A DNA stretch of 64,000 bases from Penicillus capitatus (lineage: Eukaryota > Plantae > Chlorophyta), in assembly GCA_965649825.1 (NCBI GenBank), contig OZ287708.1, positions 89,101 through 153,100 on the forward strand, given 5' to 3'. The translations under genes and the position numbers were made by a program. Positions 39,122 to 50,517 of the stretch are shown here, piece by piece; the first letter of the stretch is position 1, and the number at the start of each line of letters is the position of its first letter. The notes beneath the pieces were generated by a model. That model worked only from the letters and a program-made list of their open reading frames with translations. It had not been told where the DNA came from and ran no database searches.

Positions 39122-42100
39122 ATGGGATGCCTCGAATCAAAAATCCAGGCTGTACAGGCGGGAGAAAACTATGAGGAGTCCGTACAACGACCATTAATAC
39201 AATGGACGGGTGCCGAGGTCGAAACCCTATTGCGACAACATCCCGTGCTGGAATCGTACGCGTCGACGGTTCTCAAAGTAATTTTGAACACTGTGAAATA
39301 TGCTTGCATCACTCCGAATCGTCTTCCAGGGAACAGTGGGCGCCGTGTTTGCTCAGATCACAGACGACGTGCTGAAACAAGCAGGTCGAAGGGTTCTTGT
39401 CGGGCTCTCTGATAAAGAAGGCGTCCCTGTGTCGGTGTAGGCGTTGACAATGGGCTGCATCGAATGCAGATTCTGCATCTGCGAGATGAACAGCTGCAAA
39501 TGGAAAGCCCATCGACATCTCCTCTGTCACCTCCTCCTCTTCAGCATTCCTTGTTTCTCGATTGCGAGGAGGGGAGATGGATTTGATCATCCGTTATGTG
39601 TAGGACGGACCGTGAACTGAGCCTGTCTCCGATCCGGACTCAGAACTCCTCGAACAGTCATTCGACGCAGTTGAAAGACAGAGGCTTCGAATCCGGTTCC
39701 CTGTCTGGCAAGAAGAAAGCAGATGTGGCAGATGTCGAAGGAGGGAAGTACATGGCCATGATGAAAATCCTGCCCAGTGGCAATCTCATTCGGTGAAGCT
39801 TCTCTCTCCGACGTCCCCTCTCGCACACATCATCTTATCTCCTCATCTGCAGCGTGGTGGGAGAAACGTTGCCTCTCGAGGCCAATGGGATCGCCAGTCG
39901 CGTCGTACAGCTCCATGAACTCCACAGCAAGGCGCTGTACAACACGGATAACTGTCGTCGATTTGTCAAGCGCTGTTGCCAGATGCAGAACCTCTTCGCG
40001 ACGAAGAAGCTGCAGCAGACTGTTCATAATGATGCTGTCATCCGCCTGATCGAAGAGATTCTAGATGACGCTCTCGAATTTTTCTCCCTTTTCTCGCAAC
40101 GGTGCTCAATCGTGGACGGAAAGCAGGAATCCTGAGTGTCTGTTTCGGCAGGGGATGGCTTGAACGGGTCCTCCACAGGCCCCGTGATAAGCAGGAGTTT
40201 CAAGAACTCGATCGGCGATTGATCGCTGCGTGTCTGAACGACAAGCACCTCACGATCTCCGATGTTTCGGCAACTAACCTGCAGCAGACTCCGGTACGCG
40301 GCTGCCGTCTGCGGTACATATTAAGCAGCGTATCACGATCAGATGTACACCAACGATACGAGGCGGCTGAGAAACGCCTTGTTCGACGTGGGCGGCATTG
40401 AAGCCTTGAGACAAGGCCGCGCTGCCGTCGAAGAATTGTCGGAGTACTTTCCGGAGGCGAAGCGATCTCAGCTGGACGACAGTATGCAAGGCGAAGTGGA
40501 GCACTACGCTATGCTCATCGACACGTGCAGTGCACACACTGTCATTCGGCACCCGGAATTGCAGGTACAACCGCCAAGACGCGCGTCGCTGACGTCTTAT
40601 ACAAAGGCATTCTGGAAACGACACTTTTCTCACAAGGATAGAATCACATGGGACGAATTTTGGCAGTGCTTTCCGCAGATTCTTAAAAAGTAGGCGTCTT
40701 TTTTGACGATCCCTTCCGATCTGATCTATTTGATCCAGTGAAGAGTGTCCCGTGCTTTGTGAACACATGAAGCGTTCACAGAATCGCGAGATCATACAGA
40801 TGTACATGACGAGGGCATTGCCTCAATTGCTATCCGCGACGGAGGTCGATTTCCTCTTTGAACCGCATCTGACGGTCGAGCAGACACTCCAGAAGCTCCT
40901 GTCCGTTTCATCTCAGCTCCGCGAACTGCCTTCAGCATCTGGAGATTTGAGCATCTCCTTAGGCGAAGGACCCATCAAGGACGGCATCGCTTGGAACTTT
41001 CCTCCGCCGGTATTGCAGAGGAAAACATGAGCACTGTTAGATATTCCCTCAAAGGTTGCGAATGCCATGGTGAGAGAAGAGCTGCTTGTCCAAGTGCTGT
41101 TCGGGGCACAAGATCAAGGCACAAAGATCATGCAGTTAACAGGCACCGCTGGATGCGGCAAATGCGTCTTCGCCAATCAGCTTGCGAGGTGTCTGCTTTC
41201 GTTCGGTCAATGGACAGAAGCTTATTGGATCGATCTCACCGGCATCTGTTCTCACACAGCAGCAGGTTTGGGCACATTGGCAATCACGTGATTCAGGAAA
41301 CGGGTGGTCAGGTTATCATATCATGAGTGAAATGGGCGTCGTGTACGAGGCGGCAGATCTAAAATTTGTTCAAGGCTTCCTGCAACGTCGACAGGGATCA
41401 CTCGGCATCGTCGTCACCGGAATCGATGCCCTTGTGTGCAGCCGCGATGACGAATCTCGACTATTAGATTCATTGGAAAACCTGACCAATGCTGGTGAAC
41501 ACGTGCAGATCGTTATGCTATCACATACGAAGTTAAGGGAAACGCGGGCGTGCATGGTTCATTATGAATTGCCCCCTTTTTCATTGGCTCTGTGCAGCAA
41601 TTGGATGCAGACGCAACTCGGCAGGGCTGCTCCAGAGAAAGAGGAGATAGAACAGTTGATCATCGAGATATCGCACCCTCTGTGCCTCGGAATGATTTCT
41701 AGTCTGGTCCGTATGGGAGCCATCAGTTTGAAAGAGATTTCTGAAGCCATTGAGAACAAGGCACTATCGCACTTAGCAGATAAAGTCACGTCAGACACGT
41801 TTTCGGCTCTGAAAGCAAAGGAACGCAGGTTCTGAGAATCGGCTATCAGTTTTTCGAGATCCAGATCCTGCAGGTGTTTGCTTGCATGTGTTCTTGCTCT
41901 CGAAGAGGAGTTGCTGCAACTGGCTTGCATGCTTTCGCTTTTCCAAGGGCCATTCAGAACAGAATTTGCCGTGGCTCTTGTTCAGAATACCGACATCGGC
42001 GCTGCGGCAGTTCAGGGCAAGCTGAGAGAACTGCGGAATCGAGGAATTCTCGCTCACAACGAGAATTCAGCAGTTCACAAATTTCATCCGCTCATCCGAA

Positions 42101-44442
42101 CCACTTGTCAGTGTCTGTCGACACATCTAGGTGACTGCTCTCACGATCAAATTGCACAAGAAGAGCTGTTGTCGAAGGTATGAGTCTTGATCAGTCGACC
42201 AAGAGTTTTTTCGACGCCGTTTACAATAAATGCGTCTGGAAAGCAGAACAGATGATAGCGCATGCAACATTTGTCACAGCTGCTTTGCATACTTTGCACC
42301 GAGATCAAGTCCATGTCTACCGATTCATGCAGATGGCGAGTTCAGAGGGTGCAGAAGAATCTCTCGGGACTGTTGAGAAATTTCTGTGGGAAGCCCTTCC
42401 TTCATTGTCCTTCCGACTCAATGCTTCGGCACTCGAAAGTGTGTCTGTCGATCGATTGGTGATATGACCAGACTCTGTCCTGCTTCCAGAATTCTATGAA
42501 GCCTGTCTAAGCATTGCCGAAAAGCTCGGCAATTCGCGATTCAAGATCCGGTGCTTGATTCAAACAGGAGAGATGTTGCGGAATGTGGAACGACTGCAAG
42601 AATCCGAAAATGCGCTTCGAGATGCCTTAGCTCTTTGCTTCTCGCATCTCGAAGATCAGTCGCTGGAAGCAGCGAGATGCTACGAAGGCAAGAGGGCAGA
42701 TCATAAACAACAACACTCATGTCCAGTTGGCTGAAGGTATTGGACTGAGCTGTCTTAAGTTGAAGAAGGTCACGGACTCGATCGATTGCTACGAAAAGGC
42801 AGTTGAGCTATACAAAAGCGTGAAGGGGCAGAGATCTGTGGAGACGGCACAATGCAGTCTGGCACTGGGAAAAGCTCTTGGCATGGGCAAACGTCATGCT
42901 GATGCCTACGAGCACTGTATTGCGGCGTTTGGCATACTTAAAGACACCTACGGCCCAGAACATGTGCTCGTTGCACGGGCGTATGCAGACAGCGGCGCTC
43001 AGCTGAAGCATATGAAGAGGGAACGAGATGCCGAGGCTGCATACAGGCATGCCCGTTTCGACGTGGGAACATTCTTGTATGTTCGGCCTAGGAACGCAAT
43101 GGAGGTGCTGGAGAAGATTTTGGGGCCGTCACATCCAGAGGTCGCTAGTGTGATCGTCGAATTTTCGACAGTGCTACGGGCGATGAAGAAACTGAATACA
43201 GCAGAGTCTTTGCTGCTCACCGCTTTACAAATCAGGGAATCGAATTTTGGCCCCTTTCATCCAGAAACAGCGTCGTGCGTCCAGCTTTTGTCTGCACTCT
43301 ACAAAGTACATGCTTTCGGCCGTTCTGATCTTGTCGACCGCTGTGCTTCGTGACAGGCAATGCTTCGATTTGATGAGGCTGCCAATTTTGCTTCCCGTGA
43401 TGTTGAGTTGCGTAAGCGCATGTTTGGTCCAGCCGACGGCGAGATCACGGCGGCATTGATGTCGCTGGTCCTCATTCTGATCGAGAAAGGAGAGTAAGCA
43501 GTGACACTTTTTCGTGCGGGATGACAATGTACAGCTCAGTTACTCAGGCGCCTACAGTCATTGCAAACGAGCATTGAGTATACGAGAGAAGCAGTTCGGC
43601 AGCTGCGATATAAGAGTCGCCCAAACATGTAACATCATGGGAATCATACAGAGACAGCTGGGACGATATGAAGAGGCAAAAGCGATGGTCGAGCGTAGCT
43701 TGAGCATTAAAGAATCCAAGTTTGGCGACCGCCCGCATCCCGAGATCGCGGGTTCTTTAAATGGTCTAGCCGAAATCGAGAAAGAGCTCGAACAGTAAAC
43801 GCAATGGCGGATACTGAGCAACAGCCTGCTTTGGCCCTGCAGGTTGGCTTCGGCCGAGAAGAACAGCAGAAAGAGTGTCGAGATTCGAAAAAAAGCACTT
43901 GGCGAAAATCACCTCTCGACAAGCCTCTCCTTGCAGACCCTGGCGTCCATACTAATGGAAACAGAGAGCTACGAAGAAGCTGAAGACTACATTCGCCAAA
44001 GCATTCGTATTAGGTATGTCCTCTTACATCCTAATTTCATATCGCTTCTCTTTTCCTGCGACAGAGAAAAGCATTTCGGAGAAGACAGCTTTCAGTGCAT
44101 GCAAGCATATGATATCCTGGCGGGCATCTTGTGTAAGAAAGGGCGTTTGGATGAGGCAGAGGAGAAAGCCCACACGTCCATCGACACAAAGATCAAGATC
44201 TTGGGACACAACCATCCAGAAGTTGGGCGTTCACTCGTTGGTATGTCTTTACAAGATTTGTCTGCGACAAAACGTCGAGGGCTTTGCTTTTAGTCCTTGG
44301 TGGCATTCTCATGGCTCGTTCAAACATTGCAGCTGCAAGACAAAAGATTCAACGAGCTTTGAGCATTTTTACATGTTCGTTTGGGGAGGATCATCCAAGT
44401 ATCAAGAAAACTGAACAGATTCTCGAAGGAAAGAACTTGTGA
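39122..44442 (+). CDS. NLR-like STAND protein: N-acylation motif - SAM - MLKL-like 4-helix bundle - EF-hand-like - NB-ARC - winged helix - TPR array
   Basis: MGCLESK start. SAM: WTGAEVETLL...ITDDVLKQAGVDNGLHRMQIL. 4HB: LHELHSKALYNTDNCRRFVKR...LDDALEFFSLFSQRGWLERVLHRPRDKQEFQELDRRL. EF-like: AFWKRHFSHKDRITWDEF. NB-ARC: WNFPPPVANAMVREELL, P-loop GTAGCGKC (41142-41165), SHPL, FHPLIR. TPRs of the LGPSHPEVA type. Introns checked through about 43350 and in the last exon restore frame. Confidence 0.88.
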
Positions 44443-46574
44443 GTCAGTGTCATTATCGCTTTTCTAAAAGAGATAGTATGGGAAAACAGAACTGCAACTG
44501 TACGATCATCAAACGACATTTGATATCAAGCCTTCTTCGCTAAAGAATACAGAAAACGAAACGACGACGCGATCCAGGTAGAAACGCGTTAGCGGTACAA
44601 ACACTGTTGTCTGCTTTGCTTTTAGATCCATTAGAGGCCGAAAGACGCAAGAAAACGCGACCGTGCCCCCGCGAAACTGCGATACCGGAGAGTTGATTTT
44701 TCTGTTTACATTTTTCACACACGGTGGCTTCTGTCTTCCAAACCAGACTGTTTTGCTCCTTGTTTAACGAAAAAGTGTCCTGCAATGCTGTCCGGCTTCC
44801 GAAGTGTTCCGCTAAATCCGCAGATTGTATTCAAATAAAAAGCATCGCTATAGATCGTTGTGCCGAGTGGCATGGAAAGGAGAACGTCGAAAGTGAACGA
44901 CGATCTTGAAGCCCCAATCACCGCTCACATTGACGCTCAGCGATACTCTAAATGCGAAAGACGACCGTTCGCGGGTTCTCGTTCGTGACCAGCAAGCCGC
45001 ATTTATCGTCTGCGAATGTAGAATGCATGCGACCTTCTCGATCCCCTTCCCATAGCAAAACCGAAAGAGATCTAAGGATGAAGAAGATTGCGAAGATATT
45101 AATGTTCTTCGATTGGGGCCTAACTCGTCACAATTAAATCCACTAGACACAACTAAGCAAGATGAAGAAAACATTCAGGTGACAAATAGTAGCTCAATTC
45201 CAAAACCCATTGGATGTGCCGCGGGAGTGGTGATGAAGAAACATTGGCTTTCGATCCTTAAGGGCAGTATGACATTTGAGAATAGAATTCCAACGTCTTG
45301 ATTTTCTGGATGATTTACCGCTAGGAGGGAAAACGAGTTGTGATAGCTAACTGATTTCTAAAAGGTTCCTCCGAAGCATTGACTGAACTTGTTTTCACTG
45401 AATCGAACTTTAGTACTCGGCGATTAAAGTCCATTGGCTCTGAGTCGAAGAAAGTAAGCGGGTGATTTTGCCAGAAAACGTAGAAACAAGTACCACACAG
45501 AAGCTATGCACCATTTCAGAGGATTCGGACGCTTGGTGATTGGTACCTAATGGCACTCTGTATGATTCTTATGCTCAACGAGTAAAGCACATTGGCATTT
45601 GTTTAGCGAAATTCACTAAAAGGGTGTATGTTTACCTCTTTGAGGGGTTTTGGGGATGGACGAATATGTTTCGAGTTATAAGCTTGTTTGCATGCCAGTA
45701 AGGCGTCATGTAGCTATCTAGGTATCTAAACAGACCTGAATTTTTTACGCCTGCAATTGTAAGTATTAACGTTGCAAACGAACGTCATTCGTACCCATGT
45801 AACAATGGTTCTTGCCTTCCTTTGCTGCACACAATCTGAAGGAAATTGACAGCGAGCATCTAAAGTAATTTGCTTCATAAACTCTGTCTCCAGATGTGTA
45901 CGATTATACTCGATCGCGACTTTCTCGCTAGAAGTTTGTTCTCGTGATTTCAGGATTACCAACCTTGAATCCTGCGTCTTCTTCTCAACGCTATTCTGCC
46001 TCGTTCCGTGTAGTGGATGGAGGACCCAAAAAAGAAGATGGTCTTTCTGAATGCTTGAATTCACCGACGGAATGCAGATTTCGAGATCGCTGTTCTGCTT
46101 TCAATTCCACAGGACGCAGAACATATTCGACAGAATCCGTTGTCCAACGTATACACAGGTTCCACTTGACCGTATACAACCTGATAAACCGTATAGCGTG
46201 TCGAACGTTGCCTGTTTCGCTTTTCCAAAGACTGAAGCTCAAATACCGCAACTTCAAATTTTCCTGCTGGTAAATCTTCAGACCGTTATCGGCCCGTACA
46301 CTCAAAACACGCTTCGTCGTATTCGTGTTATCGCCCTGTTCAATACGCGAATGTGTCGAGAGACTTGATGCACGACAATTTTAACGTAGATCTGATGTTG
46401 GTGACGCGCTTGCTCCGTACTGTTTCCGCACCAGACGCATTCTTTGTTCCATTTCGAATGCGTGTCATTTCTTTCGCTTTCGTTTAAGGTTCTCGGGTAT
46501 TCGTTATTCGTGTACGTGGCAAGACGCACTGTTCCCGACAACCATCGCTTTCGGTCAAGTCAAATTTGTTCTGT

Positions 46575-49500
46575 ATGAAGTGGACATTGTTGATTATATT
46601 GCTGTCCGCTGGTTCGTCCTGCCAAACAGTGGACACAACCAAGTTCTTTGGAAAATGGAACGATAAACTGCGCGATATCGCGGATGAAATCACGGCGCGT
46701 TTATCTGCAACCGAAAGCAGAAATTGCGAGTGCAGTTACTACGCTTGTGGAGAAAGGCCAGATAAAAACATAACGGAATGTCTCAAATCAGACCACAAAG
46801 AAAAACTGGTCTGCGGCGTCGATCCCTGTGGACATATGAATGTCTGCTATTCTTCAATGTGTGGGCGAATGCCAACTGTTTGCTTTGTAGCTCAGCATAA
46901 ATCGAACATTCGTTCGCATACCACCTTCTGCGACACCGGGCAGTTACGGCAACGCAATCAAGAGAGACATCTGCTTAACTCAGGTGCCTACATGCAGCGC
47001 TTTCACTTTGCACGACCTTTTTCAGGGTTTGGAAGACGCATTCAAAAATGCCAGAGATTACACGAGTGGGTTTGTTCCGTGGACTTACTTTGGGGCAGCA
47101 GAGGCAGGAATATTCGTGTACTGTGCATTTTGATGCAAATATGACATCAGAAAGTAGGACTGGTTTTAGGGGCTGGCCAGGAAAGCCGCGAGAGCAGGTG
47201 AAACTTGGAATATGTCGAGACTACGATCCAGTAACAATGATTTCTAGTGTTCACATCTCTCTAGACGAGTCTGTGTCTAGAGAGTTCGCCCTTGGTGGAG
47301 GCGAGCAGCCTGGCATCCGAGGAATATTGTGATTCTCGTCGATCTCACGACATCCATGAAGGACAAGATCCGAGGAACCGAGAAGTGGAACATGACTCTA
47401 AACATCGTTACACGCTTCTTGGAGACTCTGTCGGAGGACGACGCAGTTCAGATTGTGGGTCTGAAGAGTGAACCCAAAGTGCTGATGGGTCCGGACAGGA
47501 CGATGCCCGCCACGGAGCAGACTGTCGAGAGGTTGACAAACCGGTTGAGAAGGTGGGAACCCGATGAAGGCGACTCTGTTGTGGATATCGGCAAAGCGAT
47601 CGATCGAGCCATGGATCTGCTGCATGCCAACAAGGACCGAGGAATCACAAAATGCGAGAACGTATCCCACTGCCTTCTCTCTTTCTCGAGATGACTGTTG
47701 CTGTCTAGCACATTCTGCTGTTTTCACACAGAAGGGACTGCAGCCATTCCATCAAACGAGACTGCGCGTCCAAGATGTTTGTGAACGAGGATGGAGAATC
47801 CGTCTCTCGACCGGTCGAATCGACAATCGGCGTCGTGGAAGATATCATAGACAGGCAGAACAAGGATTCGCTCAGAAAGAAGCCAATACTCTTCTCCTAT
47901 ACCCTGTCCCCAAAGGCAAACGGCATGCTGAGCCAGTTAGCTTGCCGGCTGGATGGAATCCACGTCGATCTAGAGCGTGAGCTCGAAAAAGGTGGCATCC
48001 GGATTCACGTCAGAATACTCTTGCCATGAGTTGTATCTTCAGGTATCCTGGACCCTCTCCATCTGATGCGTGGGTACTTTCGAAGAGCAGCGTTGACGGT
48101 GGCCAATGCCACTGGAGGAAAGATTTCCGTAAGTAACATGTACAACGATGACTCTGGGTTAGGAAGAATGAACACGCTCACGATGCCGGTCTTCTATAAG
48201 TCGCATTTTGACTGCCCGCCAATTCATTATGGGGTCATCGGAGCCGACATGCGACAATCCGACTATCGAGCCAACGGAATTGTAGCAGATTCACTTAACT
48301 TCGAGAATGATGTATCTAACTGGAATGAACATGTCACAGAGTGCAAATCCATACGAGTCACTCGTTGTCATATGCAAGTCCTGAGGGAGAAGGAAGGGCA
48401 ATGCGTCTATCCTCTGGAAAAATCAGGAGACGAAAAATGCTTCGAGTTTAAGAAGCACATCTACTACGTCGAAGAAAAAAGAGCGATGAAGTTGGAAGAA
48501 GCCAAAGAGTACTGCCTGAGTCTAAGTGGGCAGATGATCGCACCGCGGGATGTTGAGGAGAGGCGTTTTCTGGCTACCTTGATGCCGCCGGACGGCGCGT
48601 GGATCAACATCACTCACGATGACGAGATCGACTGGAAGTGGCCAGACGGCGAACGACTTGATCCAGAAGAGAGGAAGAGCATCGAGCGCTCCTGCGATTA
48701 TCCCCTCCCTCCCGGATTCTACATGGACCCTCGAGACTACGATAACAACTTTCAGTGTGTACAACAGCTTGAACGAAAGACAGTCGTCTGTCAGTTCGAC
48801 GCAGGACAGATCCCGAAAGTTTGCCGATCCAACGTCGTGCTCTGCATTCTGGTATTTCGATGACGGTTTGTTTTGCTCCAGATTGTGGTGTCTGTCACAG
48901 AAGATGACTTCGTGGACACGATACGTACCTGTGATGCGGAGGACTGTCTTCTGACGAACATACCGTCTGATGGCTACACGTCGCTGCAAGAAACTGACAT
49001 ATTCTGCAACTGGAATATGTTAGTAGATAACGATTTCTCCAAAATTGGCTGTTGTTCGCCGGAAGACCTGATCAGGGAGTGTGACGCGGTGGTAACACGC
49101 ATCATTGTTGTAGTCTTTCGCAGTTGATGTGAGTGGTTGTAGGAAGTGAACGACATGGGATTCAACGTAACAAATGAGATCAAAAATGATTCCAGCAGTG
49201 GGAATACCACGGTTGTAGTTGCAGTAATTATTGTGGCCATCGTGGTGGTGATCTTAGCCACACTGTGCTTCTGCTGCGCCCGTCGACAAAGGTCCTCTTT
49301 TGACAAGCCGAGTCATAAGCCAATCCGTTTAGCCTCTGCGGATTACTTAAATCGCCGCCTTGATGTAATGATCGGAAATCGTTCCGGAAGACCTGGGTCT
49401 ATTCAAAGTACATGCAACATTTGCTTGCAACAGAATCTCAGTTTATGTGCAGGTCCATTTGCGGTTGCCTCGCCGAAAGCTGCTGGATCAATCGGAAAGA

Positions 49501-50517
49501 GACCGGAATTGGTGGTCAACATCGAGGTCAATATTCTCGACAATGGATGGGAGAAGATCGGAGGCTACGGCCGCGTCCGACAAGGGGAGTATACGGACAC
49601 CACAGGGAATGTGCACAAGGTGGCCGTCAAGTTCGTGGACGCATTGGCACCTAACGCCGCGTGGGAGGCCCTCAAGAACGAGTTTGACATCCTGGCTTCC
49701 ATTCCTCTCCATCCGAACATCGTCAAGCCCATCGGCGCCCACTGGGGGGACCGCACGCAGAACTCCCAGCGCTACATCGTCGAAGAGCTGATGCACACCA
49801 ATCTTGGAGATCTGATGATCGACACGAGTACTCCGTCTTATCCCGGCAAGACCATGGTGTACAAGGACTGGATCAATATCTTCGTCGGCATCGCTCGTGG
49901 TCTGGAGCATCTCCACCAGCATAAGATCATCCACTTCGACTTGAAACCTAGAAACGTCCTCCTAGACGAGGACATGAACGCCAAGATTGCAGACTTCGGT
50001 TGCTCCAAGTCGAAGTTTGATACCTACATCGAACTCAGCAAGATGGGCGGAACTCCTCCGTACCTGGCACCGGAGTGCTGGATGCTCTACTACGCGCAGA
50101 ATGTCAGAACGGAGGTGGCGAGAGTCAAGATCGACGTCTACAGCTTTGGCGTGATCATGTGGGAGTGTTTAAACGGAGGGAACAGTTTGGCGACTGCGTT
50201 GTACAAACGCAAAAGCACGGCATCTCCTCAGGCCTCTGCCAATCCGGACAACATCGAAATTGTCCGCGAGAGCCGTTCGTCTGGTAAGCAGCCAAGTGAT
50301 AGACCTACCAGTGTTCTTCATCTTCTCTTCTGATGTAGAAGGAAACCAGCAGTGGGAGATCCAGTACTATCTCAGCGAAGAGATCCCTGAAGGCTTGAGG
50401 AACTTGGTCACACAGTGTGTCCGTGTCGATTTTGATTTCCGACCGACATGCGGGCAGATTCTGGACACCCTGGTGCCTATGCTTGACGAAGAGTGGGCAA
50501 ATCATCCAGTTCCTTAG
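46575..50517 (+). CDS. Receptor-like kinase: signal peptide - alpha2delta-like dCache/vWA - C-type lectin domain - TM - non-RD TKL kinase
   Basis: Signal [19 protein letters not shown]|RVRPWW...[12 protein letters not shown]...[32 protein letters not shown]...GVIGADM. CTLD: [12 protein letters not shown]...[14 protein letters not shown]...[29 protein letters not shown]. Kinase: [35 protein letters not shown]. Confidence 0.9.
47275..49010 (+). repeat. Left arm of a ~1.7-kb inverted duplication (partner 54884-56626)
   Basis: Long runs identical to the reverse complement of 54884-56626, including introns. By eye about 90% identity or higher. Confidence 0.95.

Noticed and set aside
44450-46560. 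Possible transposon or hidden gene between the NLR-like gene and the receptor kinase
   Set aside because: No terminal repeats, transposase or RT motifs, or coherent spliced ORF could be identified by eye.
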